This document shows positions 1 through 10,065 of a stretch of 64,000 bases of DNA, one piece after another. The translations under genes were made by a program, and so were the position numbers. The stretch lies in NCBI GenBank assembly GCA_030824555.1, contig JAVBXK010000052.1:3059-67058 (forward strand), written 5' to 3'. The DNA is from a bacterium (GTDB lineage: Bacteria > Pseudomonadota > Gammaproteobacteria > Burkholderiales > Burkholderiaceae_C). Under the pieces are notes generated by a model. The model worked only from the letters and a program-made list of their open reading frames with translations. It was not told where the DNA came from and did not search any database. The first letter of the stretch is position 1. Each line of letters starts with the position of its first letter.

Positions 1-1668
1 GCCGCCCTGTTTGCCGCGATGGACGGTGCCAAGGTGCTGCTGCTGGAGCGCACCGAACACGTGGGCGGCACCACCGCGTGGTCGGCCGGCACCACCTGGG
101 TGCCGGGCACCCACCATGGGCCACAAGTCAACCCCACCGACACGCTGGCCGACGCTGCCCGCTACCTGACCAACGCCATTGGCGAACGCACGCCCGCCGC
201 GCTGCGCCAGGCCTTTCTGGACGCAGGCCCCGAGGCCGTGGCGCACGTGGAAGCCCATTCGGCAGTGAAATTCCGCCCCTACCCCAAGCACCCCGACTAC
301 ATCTCTGACCTGGACGGCTCCACCCTGGCGGGCCGTGCGCTGGAACCCCTGCCCTTTGATGGCCGCCAGCTGGGCGACCTGTTCAAACTGGTTCGCCCAC
401 CCATTCCCGAATTCACTGTGCTGGGCGGGATGATGGTGGACCGCACCGACATCAACCACCTGCTGGGCATGACGGGGTCGCTCGCGTCACTGAAGCACTC
501 GGTGCGCATCATCCTGCGCCACCTGTCTGACCGGCTGAGCCACCCACGCGGCACCCGGTTGGTGATGGGCAATGCGCTGGTGGCACGGCTGCTGTATTCG
601 CTGTCAACACACGCCAACGTCAGCCTGGCGCTGAACACATCGGTCACGGCCATCAACCAAAGCAGCGCCGGGGTAGACAGCCTCACGCTGGAGCACGGCG
701 GCCAATCCAGCACCGTCAACGTTACCGGCGGCGTGGTGCTGGCCAGCGGTGGCTTCAACCGCCACATGGGTTTGCGTCAGACCCTGCTGCCGGGTGCCGA
801 CATCGGCTGGTGCCCTGCCGCCCCTGGTCACACCGGCACCGCGCACGGTCTGGCCCAGGCCCTGGGCGCCCGTTATGGCGAAGGTGGCCTGAGCAACGCC
901 TTCTGGGCACCGGTGTCCATCCGCCCACGGGCCGATGGCAGCAAAGCGGTATTTCCGCACTTTGTGATGGACCGCGCCAAGCCGGGCTTCGTGACCGTGA
1001 ACCAAGCTGGCGAACGCTTCGTGAACGAAAGCACCTCGTACCACCTGTTCGGCCTGGCCATGCAGGCGCATGGTGCCGTGCCCGCTTACCTGGTGTGCGA
1101 TGCCGAGGCCCTGCGCATGTACGGCATGGGCATGGTGCGCCCCGGTGGCAAGGGCCTGGCCCCTTTCCTGGCCGATGGTTATCTGACCGAGGGCGCCACG
1201 CTGAACGAGCTGGCCACCAAGCTGGGCATCGATGCCGCCGGGCTGGCACGCAGCGTGGCCCACATCAACGCCTGCGCCCAAACCGGGGTGGACCCCGACT
1301 TCCACCGCGGCGAAACGGCTTACCAACAGAACATTGGCGACGCCACGCGCGGCAACACCAACCCGAACCTGGGTGCACTGGGCACGGCGCCGTTCTATGC
1401 AGTGAAGCTGTTCCCAGGCGACATCGGTGCGTCCACCGGGCTGGTGGCCGACGAACACGCCCGCGTGCTGAACGCCAGCAACCAGCCCATTGCGGGGCTG
1501 TACGCGGTGGGCAACGACATGCATTCCATCATGGGTGGCGTGTACACCGCACCCGGCATCACCATCGGCCCTGGGCTGGTGTTCGGGCGGTTGGCGGCAC
1601 GTCATGCCGTGGCCCGGGCACGCTCGTCGGCACCCACGCCAGAAGGCCAAAACCTAGGGAAATCCTGA
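1..1668 (+). CDS. FAD-dependent oxidoreductase (FAD_binding_2 / KstD-fumarate reductase flavoprotein-like), 5' end outside window
   Basis: ORF 19..1668 stays open in frame back to base 1 (AALFAA precedes the first Met), so the GxGxxG end is off-window. GGTTAWSAGT near the N-terminus and AGLYAVGND near the C-terminus fit this flavoprotein family. It resembles the protein at 13997..15724. Confidence 0.8.
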   Translation, partial: AALFAAMDGAKVLLLERTEHVGGTTAWSAGTTWVPGTHHGPQVNPTDTLADAARYLTNAIGERTPAALRQAFLDAGPEAVAHVEAHSAVKFRPYPKHPDYISDLDGSTLAGRALEPLPFDGRQLGDLFKLVRPPIPEFTVLGGMMVDRTDINHLLGMTGSLASLKHSVRIILRHLSDRLSHPRGTRLVMGNALVARLLYSLSTHANVSLALNTSVTAINQSSAGVDSLTLEHGGQSSTVNVTGGVVLASGGFNRHMGLRQTLLPGADIGWCPAAPGHTGTAHGLAQALGARYGEGGLSNAFWAPVSIRPRADGSKAVFPHFVMDRAKPGFVTVNQAGERFVNESTSYHLFGLAMQAHGAVPAYLVCDAEALRMYGMGMVRPGGKGLAPFLADGYLTEGATLNELATKLGIDAAGLARSVAHINACAQTGVDPDFHRGETAYQQNIGDATRGNTNPNLGALGTAPFYAVKLFPGDIGASTGLVADEHARVLNASNQPIAGLYAVGNDMHSIMGGVYTAPGITIGPGLVFGRLAARHAVARARSSAPTPEGQNLGKS

Positions 1669-1996
1669 GGCCGCACAGGCCAATACGTCCTGTGTTTGGC
1701 CCGATTTGTTCAATTCAACGGACTGTTTCGTACACACAATAAAACATCACATAAAGGAGAGTCAGTAGAAACCCTTCATACGATCGTTTATCAAACCAAT
1801 GAGATCGATCATCGATCAGTCTTGAGCTTTCAAACCTGCGCAGACGGGTACCACGCCACTACATTCGCTCCCTACCGATGCGACTGTAGCCAGGTCACAT
1901 TGACCCCGCCATCGCAGGCAAACCCTTTTCACCAGCCTGCAAGCCCGGCAAAAAAGGGCTTGCGTATTCCACCCCTGCAACTTCTGGAGACAAACC

Positions 1997-3010
1997 ATGC
2001 AACACAATAAAAGAAAACTGATGGGTGCCACTTTGGCAGCCCTGGCCCTGTGCTCGGTAACAGGCACCGCTCAGGCACAGGCCTACCCTGCGCGTGACGT
2101 GACTGCCGTCATTCAATGGGGCGCCGGTGGTGGCACCGATGTGGCTATGCGCGGCTACGCCCCTTATGCGGAAGAAGCGCTGGGCAAAAAAATTGTGTTG
2201 CAGAACAAACCCGGTGCAGCTGGCGTGATCGGCGCCAACTTCGTGCTGCAACAGCCTGCGGACGGTTACACCATCCTGATGGGTGCTGAACCGCAAGCTT
2301 TGTACAAAGTGATGGGCACGGCTGATTTCGACTACGACAAGTTTTACCCCATCAACATTGCTGCAGTGGCCAACACCATTTTGCTGGTGGCCCGCGCCGA
2401 TGCCCCCTGGAACACCACGCAAGACCTGTTGAGCCACGTGCAGGCCAACCCCAACAAGGTGAAGTCGTACATTGCCGGGCAAGGCACTGTGCCGTTCACG
2501 GTGAACGCCATGATGAACACACTGACCAAGTTTGACACCATCAAGGTGCCGTTTGACGGTGACGGCCCGGCCATTGCCGCGCTGCAAGGCGGCCATGTGG
2601 ATTTTGGCTTCATTGCCTCGGGTGCCGTGATCGAGCACATCAAGGCCGGTCGCTTGAAGGCACTGGGCGTGCTGGACAACAAGGCGTACCAGAACATTCC
2701 CCCCATGACCGATGCGCCCTCGCTGCGCTCGCTGCCCAAGTTCCTGCCCTGGGGCTCTTGGTACGGTGTGTTCGTGAAGAAAGAAACCCCTGACGACGTG
2801 AAAGCCAAGCTGGTGGCCGCGTTCAAGAAGGCCGGTGACAACCCAAAGTACCGCGAACTGATGACGGGCCGTGGCACCACCATGTTGAACATCAGCGGCG
2901 CCGAGGCTGAAGCCTTCATCAAGAAGTTCCAGTCGACCACGGCGTGGCTGTACCAAGACGCAGGCGTGGCCAAGAAAAACCCGGCTGACCTGGGCATCGC
3001 CAAACCCTGA
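1997..3010 (+). CDS. tctC: Bug/TctC-family tripartite tricarboxylate transporter substrate-binding protein
   Basis: 337 aa. Signal peptide MQHNKRKLMGATLAALALCSVTGTAQAQ, Bug-family composition, and tctB/tctA-like genes immediately downstream. Confidence 0.85.
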   Translation: MQHNKRKLMGATLAALALCSVTGTAQAQAYPARDVTAVIQWGAGGGTDVAMRGYAPYAEEALGKKIVLQNKPGAAGVIGANFVLQQPADGYTILMGAEPQALYKVMGTADFDYDKFYPINIAAVANTILLVARADAPWNTTQDLLSHVQANPNKVKSYIAGQGTVPFTVNAMMNTLTKFDTIKVPFDGDGPAIAALQGGHVDFGFIASGAVIEHIKAGRLKALGVLDNKAYQNIPPMTDAPSLRSLPKFLPWGSWYGVFVKKETPDDVKAKLVAAFKKAGDNPKYRELMTGRGTTMLNISGAEAEAFIKKFQSTTAWLYQDAGVAKKNPADLGIAKP

Positions 3011-3063
3011 ACGCGGGCATGAAAAGGCTGGCTGAAAGTGTCAGTCTGCCTGTTCATAAAGAT

Positions 3064-3088
3064 GGCGACCTTGTGTCGCCAATTTTTT
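3064..3088 (+). terminator. Hairpin plus T-run between tctC and tctB (possible intra-operon attenuator)
   Basis: GGCGAC-cttgt-GTCGCC followed by AATTTTTT, 54 nt after the tctC stop and just before the tctB RBS. Confidence 0.45.
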
Positions 3089-3108
3089 CCCATTCTCTGG
3101 AGAATTCA

Positions 3109-3618
3109 ATGCATACCAGCCACCCGCGGCTGCCCGGCGAACTCACATTCATGGCGCTGATCGTTCTGTTCAGCAGCTTCATGCTGTGGGCAGCGTACGG
3201 CATTTCAAAACTGGATTCCGTCTCATCAGCGGGCGCATTCCCCATGGTCTGTGCGCTCACCATGCTGGTGACCGGACTGATGTCACTCATCAAAACTGCC
3301 AAAGCCAAACTGAAGCTGGACAACGGCGAAACCTGGCTGCAGCAACTGGTGCACAAAGTGCTTCCACTGCAACTGGTGTGGTTCACGGTGTTCATCGTCA
3401 TTTACATGCTGTCGCTGGAGGTGCTGGGCTTTTTGCTGTCGTCGTACATCTTCCTGGCGGCATCCATGTCACTGTTGGGCAGCAAGCGCATCGGACTGAA
3501 CCTGCTGATCAGCGCGGGGGTGCTGACAGCTATCTACGTTGTATTTCAAACGGTCTTCTCGGTGGTACTGCCTGCAGGTAGCCTCATTGGCCCCTATTTG
3601 CCGGAGTTCCTGAAATGA
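3109..3618 (+). CDS. tctB: TctB-family small membrane subunit
   Basis: Hydrophobic ~170-aa protein between tctC and tctA. GGAGA lies 8 nt before the ATG at 3109. The longer ORF from 3019 would run through the hairpin and is less likely. Confidence 0.75.
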   Translation: MHTSHPRLPGELTFMALIVLFSSFMLWAAYGISKLDSVSSAGAFPMVCALTMLVTGLMSLIKTAKAKLKLDNGETWLQQLVHKVLPLQLVWFTVFIVIYMLSLEVLGFLLSSYIFLAASMSLLGSKRIGLNLLISAGVLTAIYVVFQTVFSVVLPAGSLIGPYLPEFLK

Positions 3619-5123
3619 TGGAAGCACTTGGTTACTTTTTCACTTCGTGGCTCGACATCAAGATGCTGTTGCTGACCGCAGCGGGCACGTTTGCGGGCAT
3701 ATACATCGGCGCCATTCCAGGCCTGTCGGTCACCATGGCGGTGTCCATCCTGATTTCGTTCACCTTCAAGTGGCAGGTGAACGAAGCACTGGCGCTGATT
3801 TCCGGCATTTACCTGGGTGGCGTGTACGGCGGCTCGCGCAGCGCCATTTTGTTGAACATCCCAGGCGCACCTTCTGCCATTGCCACGGGCCTGGACGGCT
3901 ATCCGCTGGCCAAACGCGGCGAGGCGGGTCAAGCAATTGGCTTGACCACGGTGGTGTCGGTGTACGGCGGCTTCATCGGCATTCTGGTGCTGGCTGTGGC
4001 GGCCCCGCTGGTGTCTGAGCTGGCGCTGAAATTTGGCCCACGCGAATACCTGCTGCTGGCGCTGTGGGGCATTTTGCTGGTGGGCAGTTTGTCGGGCGAA
4101 AGTTTGTCCAAAGGCATCTTTTCAGGCGCTTTGGGCGCGCTGATTGCCTGCGTGGGCCTGGACCCCATGACCGGCGAAAACCGGCTGACCTTTGGCAGCA
4201 TGCAGTTATCGGCAGGCATTTCGTACATCGCAGCCATGATCGGTTTCTTCGGCGTGGCCGAGGTCATTGCCCAGATTCACGAGATGCACCTGACGGCCAT
4301 CAAGCAAAACGTCAGCAAAATCATCCCGTCATGGGGACTGGTGCGCAAGTACCTGCCGCTGGCCACGCGCACGTCCACCATCGGTGTGGTGGTGGGTGCA
4401 TTGCCCGGTGCGGGTGGCGACATTGCGGCGCTGATGGCTTACGACCACGCCAAACGCACGGTCAAAAACCCGTCGCGCCCGTTTGGTGAAGGGGCTTATG
4501 AGGGCCTGGTGGCCCCCGAATCGGCCAACAACGCGGCGGTGGGCGGTGCTTACGTGCCCATGCTGACGCTGGGCATCCCGGGCGATGCGGTCACAGCCGT
4601 GATCATCGGGGCGCTGTACATCCATGGCCTGAAGCCTGGCCCAATGCTGATGATTGAAACGCCGCACCTGTTCTGGTTCATCGTGGGCTCACTGACGCTG
4701 GCCAACCTGTTCCTGCTGGTGTTCGGCCTGACGGGCATCAAGATTTTTGCCAAGATCGTGGAGACGCCCAAACCGCTGCTGCTGCCGCTGATTCTGGTGC
4801 TGTCGGCCGTGGGGGCCTACGCCATCAACAACAACCCGGTGGATGTGTACTGGATGCTGGGTTTTGGCGTGCTGGGTTACTTCCTGAAGATGTACGGTTT
4901 TCAGGTGGGCCCAGTGATTCTGGGCATGATTCTGGGGCCGCTGATGGACCGCAGCTACCGCCAGGCCATGATCTCTGCAGGCGACAACCCGGTGCAATTT
5001 GCCACCGAGTTTTTCACCACGCCGTTGTCGGCCGTCATTGTGTTCTTGCTGTTCCTGACGCTGTTCACGCAGACCAAGCTGTACACCAGCTGGCGCGACA
5101 AACGCGCCGCCGCCAAGGCCTGA
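3615..5123 (+). CDS. tctA: TctA-family large permease
   Basis: 502-aa polytopic membrane protein. The start overlaps the tctB stop (ATGATG). GIPG/PGAGG-type TctA motifs are present. Confidence 0.88.
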   Translation: MMEALGYFFTSWLDIKMLLLTAAGTFAGIYIGAIPGLSVTMAVSILISFTFKWQVNEALALISGIYLGGVYGGSRSAILLNIPGAPSAIATGLDGYPLAKRGEAGQAIGLTTVVSVYGGFIGILVLAVAAPLVSELALKFGPREYLLLALWGILLVGSLSGESLSKGIFSGALGALIACVGLDPMTGENRLTFGSMQLSAGISYIAAMIGFFGVAEVIAQIHEMHLTAIKQNVSKIIPSWGLVRKYLPLATRTSTIGVVVGALPGAGGDIAALMAYDHAKRTVKNPSRPFGEGAYEGLVAPESANNAAVGGAYVPMLTLGIPGDAVTAVIIGALYIHGLKPGPMLMIETPHLFWFIVGSLTLANLFLLVFGLTGIKIFAKIVETPKPLLLPLILVLSAVGAYAINNNPVDVYWMLGFGVLGYFLKMYGFQVGPVILGMILGPLMDRSYRQAMISAGDNPVQFATEFFTTPLSAVIVFLLFLTLFTQTKLYTSWRDKRAAAKA

Positions 5124-5186
5124 TGGCCATTGCGGGCTCGTACACGTTGTGCGGGCCCGCACCAGACAACCCCATCTACACACGCC

Positions 5187-6017
5187 ATGACCGACCGCTA
5201 CGCCGTGATTGGCCACCCCATTGGCCACACCCAGTCGCCGCACATTCACGCGCTGTTTGCGGCAGCCACCGGGCAAGACATGGCGTACACCGCCATCGAA
5301 GGTCACCTGGGGGCGTTCGCTGACGATGTGGCAGCGTTTCGGCTCGCAGGCGGTTTGGGCATGAACGTGACCGTTCCCTTCAAACTGGACGCCCTGGCCT
5401 GCGCGACCGAGTGTTCTGACCGCGCACACCTCTCGGGTGCGGCCAACGCGCTGAAGTTTGAAGGCGACAAGATACTGGCCGACAACTTTGACGGCGTGGG
5501 CCTGACCCGCGACGTGACGCACAACTTGCGCTTGCCCCTTGCCGGGCAGCGCGTGTTGGTACTGGGCGCTGGCGGTGCCACGCGCGGCATGGTGCTGCCG
5601 TTTCTGTCCCAGCACCCGCAGTGCCTGGTCATCACCGACCTGACACTGGGCCCCGCCCAAGCCGTGGCCAACGAAGTGGCCGCGCATGGCATCACCGACT
5701 GCACGGTGCAGGCCTGTACCTATGACACGCTGGCAGGCCAATTCGACCGCGTGTTCAACGCCACGTCGGCCAGCCTGTACGGGCAGTTGCCCCCCGTCAC
5801 CGCAGACGTGTTTGCGCCCGGTTGCCTGGCCTACGAGCTGGTGTACGGCAAAGGCCTCACGCCCTTTCTGGCGCTGGCACGCCATGGCGGCGCAGGCACG
5901 CTGGCCGATGGCGTGGGCATGCTGGTCGAGCAGGCAGCCGAGGCATTTGAATGGTGGCGGGGCGTGCGGCCCGATACCGCCCAGGTCATCCGGCAACTGC
6001 AAGTGCCTTTGCGCTGA
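5187..6017 (+). CDS. aroE: Shikimate dehydrogenase
   Basis: MTDRYAVIGHPIGHTQSPHIH, NVTVPFK and VLGAGGATRG motifs. Start taken at the internal ATG 5187, where the homology begins. Confidence 0.88.
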   Translation: MTDRYAVIGHPIGHTQSPHIHALFAAATGQDMAYTAIEGHLGAFADDVAAFRLAGGLGMNVTVPFKLDALACATECSDRAHLSGAANALKFEGDKILADNFDGVGLTRDVTHNLRLPLAGQRVLVLGAGGATRGMVLPFLSQHPQCLVITDLTLGPAQAVANEVAAHGITDCTVQACTYDTLAGQFDRVFNATSASLYGQLPPVTADVFAPGCLAYELVYGKGLTPFLALARHGGAGTLADGVGMLVEQAAEAFEWWRGVRPDTAQVIRQLQVPLR

Positions 6018-6118
6018 ACGCCGCCGAGCCCGTTGGACAGGCCTGCAGACTGTGGCCGGCTTGGCTGCGCGTGCCGTGCACGACAAGCCCCTGCATGCCG
6101 CGCGCCTATACTGAGAGG

Positions 6119-6835
6119 ATGAAATCCCAGGCCACACCCGCACGGCGCACAGCCCGCAAAACTGCGGCTGCAAAACCCGAGACCACGCGCACCAATGACC
6201 CTGAACGGACGATGGCCAACATCATGGAAGTGGCCATGTCCGAGTTCGCAGAAAAGGGACTGGCCGGTGCCCGCATTGACGACATTGCGGCGGCCACGAA
6301 CACCAGCAAGCGGATGATTTACTACTACTTCAAGAGCAAGGAAGGGCTGTACACCGCCGCTCTTGAAGAGTCGTACCGCCGCATGCGCGAAATCGAGCGT
6401 CGGCAAAACCTGAAAGACCTGCCCCCTGTGGCCGCGCTGCAAAAGCTGGTGGAATTCACGTATGACCATCACTTCAGCAACGAGAGGTACATCCGTCTGG
6501 TCATTTCGGAAAACATCATGCGCGGTGCCTACCTGGCCCAAAGCCAGACCATTCAGGACCTGAACGTACCGGCCATTGCGGCCATCCGCGACCTGTACCA
6601 GCGCGGTGTGGCCAGCGGTGAATTCCGCCCCGGCATCGAGCCACTGGACATTCACGCCACCGTTTCGGCGCTGACGTTTTTCAACGTCTCCAACCGCCAC
6701 ACCTTCGGTCTGATCTTCAAACACGACCTGACCAACCCGGCCATCGTGGCCCAGCGGCGCACCTGCATCATTGAAATTTTGACGCGCTTCCTGTGCGTCA
6801 ACCCCGAAGCGTACCTCCCGGTTCCCTCGAACTGA
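6119..6835 (+). CDS. TetR-family transcriptional regulator
   Basis: HTH region ARIDDIAAATNTSKRMIYYYFKSKEGLY. Start taken at MKSQ (6119); the upstream part of ORF 5951.. overlaps aroE. Confidence 0.85.
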   Translation: MKSQATPARRTARKTAAAKPETTRTNDPERTMANIMEVAMSEFAEKGLAGARIDDIAAATNTSKRMIYYYFKSKEGLYTAALEESYRRMREIERRQNLKDLPPVAALQKLVEFTYDHHFSNERYIRLVISENIMRGAYLAQSQTIQDLNVPAIAAIRDLYQRGVASGEFRPGIEPLDIHATVSALTFFNVSNRHTFGLIFKHDLTNPAIVAQRRTCIIEILTRFLCVNPEAYLPVPSN

Positions 6836-7050
6836 GTGCTGGCGCGCGCTGCGCCTTGAGACGCGCAGCCCAGCCTTCATCGCACTGAGGGCCTTCAGCA
6901 AGGCCACACCGAAGAAAACCCACCTGTCCAGTGTGGTGTTGCACGCTATCTGGAACATAAAACGCACAAAACCACACTAGGGTTTCCACGGATTTCACAA
7001 ATACTAACCAGTTCGTACATTACACAGAATCGCTCTTCTGGAGGCATTTC

Positions 7051-7584
7051 GTGATTCAAAGTTTCATCAACCGTTACTGCAAAGTGTTGGCCTTGCTGAT
7101 GGTTTTCAGCCTGGCACTCATGGTGGTCATGGTGTTTGGCAACGTGGTCATGCGCTACGGGTTCAACTCCGGCATCACGTTGTCCGAAGAGCTGTCGCGC
7201 TGGTTGTTTGTGTGGATGACGTTTCTGGGCAGTGTCATTGCACTGAACGAGCGCGCCCACCTGGGTACCGATTCGCTCATCGCCCGTTTGCCCGTTGCCG
7301 GGCAGAAGCTGTGCCTGGGCAGCACCTATGTGGTGATGCTGTACATGAGCTGGCTGATTTTTCAGGGATCGTGGGCGCAGACCGTCATCAACTGGGAGTC
7401 AACGAGCGCGGTCATGGAAACCTCCATGGGCTACCTCTACGCCAGCGGCGTGGTGTTTGCGGTGTTGGCGGCCCCCATCCTGTTGCTGAACCTGTGGTTG
7501 CTGGCAAGCGGCCAGATGGCTGACTCGGACCTGATCGGCATCCGCGAATCCGACGACATGCCCCACGGCGACCCGCACCCCTGA
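7051..7584 (+). CDS. TRAP transporter small permease (DctQ family)
   Basis: 177 aa with 4 predicted TM segments. GTG start 7 nt after GGAGG. A DctM-family gene follows. Confidence 0.85.
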   Translation: MIQSFINRYCKVLALLMVFSLALMVVMVFGNVVMRYGFNSGITLSEELSRWLFVWMTFLGSVIALNERAHLGTDSLIARLPVAGQKLCLGSTYVVMLYMSWLIFQGSWAQTVINWESTSAVMETSMGYLYASGVVFAVLAAPILLLNLWLLASGQMADSDLIGIRESDDMPHGDPHP

Positions 7585-7605
7585 GCCCCCCTCCCGGAGA
7601 CACCC

Positions 7606-8883
7606 ATGACGATTGCAATTTTTCTGGGCACCCTGATGGCCGCCATGGCCATTGGCGTGCCCATCTCTTTCGCGCTGCTGGCCAGCGGTGCCGCGCTGAT
7701 GTGGCACCTGGACATGTTTGACGCGCAAATCCTGGCACAAAACCTGATTGAAGGCTCCAACAGCTTCCCGCTGCTGGCCGTGCCGTTTTTCATGCTGGCT
7801 GGCGAAATCATGAATGCCGGTGGCTTGTCCAAGCGCATCGTGCTGTTTGCCATGTCGCTGGTGGGGCACATCAAGGGTGGGCTGGGTTACGTGGCCATCA
7901 TGGCCGCCGTGATCATGGCCGCCCTGTCGGGTTCTGCGGTGGCCGATGCTGCGGCATTGGCTGCCCTGTTGTTGCCCATGATGGTGCATGCCGGTCACGA
8001 CAAAGCCCGCTCGGCCGGCCTGCTGGCGTCGGCCAGCATCATCGCGCCCATCATCCCGCCGTCCATTGGTTTCGTGATTTTTGGCGTGGCCGCCAACGTG
8101 TCCATTTCAAAACTGTTCATGGCGGGCATTGCCCCAGGCCTGATGCTGGCTGTGGCCTTGTGCGCCACCTGGTGGTATGTGGCCCACAAAGAGGCCGTGC
8201 AACCGCCCCCCCGGGCCAACCGGGCCGACATTGCCAAGGCGTTGCGCGAGGCCGTGTTTGCGCTGGGCCTGCCCGTGATCGTGGTGGTGGGCCTGAAATT
8301 GGGCGTGTTTACCCCCACCGAGGCCGCCGTGGTGGCCGCCGTGTACGCGCTGCTGATTTCGGTGTTTGTGTATGGCGAGCTGAAGTGGGGCCAGCTGTAC
8401 GGCCTGTTTTTGGCAGCCGCCAAAACCACCTCGGTCATCATGTTTTTGGTGGCAGCGGCCATGGTGTCGGCCTGGCTGATCACGGTGGCGCAGTTGCCCG
8501 ACCAGCTGGTGGCTTTGCTGCAGCCCTTGCTGGACAGCCCCAAGCTGCTGATGTTCGCCATCATGATTTTGGTGATCGTGGTGGGCACGGCCATGGACAT
8601 GACCCCCACCATCCTGATCCTGACCCCCGTGCTGATGCCCATCGTCAAGGCTGCGGGCATTGACCCCGTGTACTTCGGTGTGCTGTTCATCATGAACAAC
8701 GCTATCGGCCTCATCACACCACCCGTGGGCACCGTGCTCAACACCGTGGCCGGTGTGGGCAAGGTCAGCATGGACGATGTGACCAAGGGCGTGTGGCCCT
8801 TCATGCTGGCGCAGTTCGCGCTGATGTTCCTGATGGTGCTGTTCCCCGACATCGTCATGGTGCCGGCCCGCTGGTTTTATTGA
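7606..8883 (+). CDS. TRAP transporter large permease (DctM family)
   Basis: 425-aa polytopic protein with typical DctM composition and length. Confidence 0.9.
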   Translation: MTIAIFLGTLMAAMAIGVPISFALLASGAALMWHLDMFDAQILAQNLIEGSNSFPLLAVPFFMLAGEIMNAGGLSKRIVLFAMSLVGHIKGGLGYVAIMAAVIMAALSGSAVADAAALAALLLPMMVHAGHDKARSAGLLASASIIAPIIPPSIGFVIFGVAANVSISKLFMAGIAPGLMLAVALCATWWYVAHKEAVQPPPRANRADIAKALREAVFALGLPVIVVVGLKLGVFTPTEAAVVAAVYALLISVFVYGELKWGQLYGLFLAAAKTTSVIMFLVAAAMVSAWLITVAQLPDQLVALLQPLLDSPKLLMFAIMILVIVVGTAMDMTPTILILTPVLMPIVKAAGIDPVYFGVLFIMNNAIGLITPPVGTVLNTVAGVGKVSMDDVTKGVWPFMLAQFALMFLMVLFPDIVMVPARWFY

Positions 8884-8943
8884 TTCAATAGCTTGAAACC
8901 CTTACCAGAAAAGCGGTAAAGCACTTTTTTATTCTGTATTTAA
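8884..8943 (+). repeat. AT-rich intergenic element, copy A (ATAGC-N9-TTACC-N5-AGCG family)
   Basis: ttcaATAGCttgaaacccTTACCagaaaAGCGGTAAAGCACTTTTTTATTC. It starts right after the DctM stop. It shares a 16-nt exact block, AAGCACTTTTTTATTC, with copy B. Confidence 0.7.
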
Positions 8944-8965
8944 CCCCGACCCAACTGGAGACAAC

Positions 8966-9967
8966 ATGAAACGTTTGATGATCAAGACCCTGCTGGCCGC
9001 TGTGGCAGCCACCGCATTCACCACCGCGTTTGCGCAAGAACGCGTGATCAAGTTCGCCAACCAGAACAACAAGGGCCACCCCATCCTGATGGGCATGGAC
9101 AAGTTTGCTGAAATCGTGGCGGCCAAGTCGGGCGGCAAGATGAAGGTCAACATCTTCCCCGGCGGCTCGCTGGGCAGCGACCAGGCCAACGTATCGGCCC
9201 TGCAAGGGGGCACGCTGGAAATGGCATCCATGAACTCGGGCATTTTTGCAGCCCAGGTGAAAGAGTTCGCCGTGTTTGACTTCCCCTTCATGTTCGGCAA
9301 CACCAGGGAGGCCGATGCCGTGATGGACAGCGCCTTCGGCAAAGGCCTGCACAAGAAACTGGAAGACAAGGGCCTGATCGGCCTGGCCTACTACGAGCTG
9401 GGTTTTCGCAACATCACCAACGGCAAGCGCCCCATCCACACGGTGGCCGACCTGGAAGGGCTGAAGCTGCGCGTCATTCCCAACCCCATCAACGTGGACT
9501 GGGTAAAGGCCCTGGGTGCCAACCCCACCCCCCTGCCATGGCCCGAGGTGTACGCCGCGCTGGAGCAAAAAGCCGTTGACGGCCAGGAAAACCCCGTGGC
9601 CACCATCAACTCGGCCAAGCTGTACGAGGTGCAAAAGCACATGGTGTTGTCCAACCACCAGTACAACCCGCAGTCTGTGGTCATCAGCAGGAAGTTCTGG
9701 GAAAAGCTGACGCCTGCCGAGCAAAAAATCATCCAGGACGCCGCCACAGAATCAGCCAAGTACCAGCGTGAGCAGTCGCGCGCCCAGGCCGCTGGCATCC
9801 TGGACAACCTGAAGAAAAACGGCATGCAAGTGACCGAGCTGTCAGCCGCCGACATGGACAAGCTGCGCGACAAGATGCGCTCCGTGACGGCCAAGTACGC
9901 GGTGTCTGTGGGCCAGGAAACGGTCAAGGACATTCAGGCCGAGCTGGCCAAAGTGCGCGGCAAGTAA
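8966..9967 (+). CDS. TRAP transporter substrate-binding protein (DctP family)
   Basis: 333 aa. Signal peptide MKRLMIKTLLAAVAATAFTTAFAQE. DctP-family length and composition. Confidence 0.88.
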   Translation: MKRLMIKTLLAAVAATAFTTAFAQERVIKFANQNNKGHPILMGMDKFAEIVAAKSGGKMKVNIFPGGSLGSDQANVSALQGGTLEMASMNSGIFAAQVKEFAVFDFPFMFGNTREADAVMDSAFGKGLHKKLEDKGLIGLAYYELGFRNITNGKRPIHTVADLEGLKLRVIPNPINVDWVKALGANPTPLPWPEVYAALEQKAVDGQENPVATINSAKLYEVQKHMVLSNHQYNPQSVVISRKFWEKLTPAEQKIIQDAATESAKYQREQSRAQAAGILDNLKKNGMQVTELSAADMDKLRDKMRSVTAKYAVSVGQETVKDIQAELAKVRGK

Positions 9968-9992
9968 CGCCCATCCGGGCCGAATCGCCCGC

Positions 9993-10020
9993 CCCGGAAG
10001 CCCCCCACGGTGCTTCCGGG
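9993..10020 (+). terminator. GC-rich hairpin after the DctP-like gene (weak T tract)
   Basis: CCCGGAAGC-N10-GCTTCCGGG, 26 nt after the stop. The downstream tract ctccctgtctttcc is only T/C-rich. Confidence 0.35.
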
Positions 10021-10065
10021 CTCCCTGTCTTTCCAGTTGCTGCAAACAGCTTGCGGCTCAGCGCC

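Noticed and set aside
1696-2010. A 104-aa ORF in the tctC leader, and a 77-aa ORF at 41234..41467 starting in the AT-rich island.
   Set aside because: Neither has an RBS, and their composition is atypical for the genome. They overlap real genes (tctC, meaB) in other frames.
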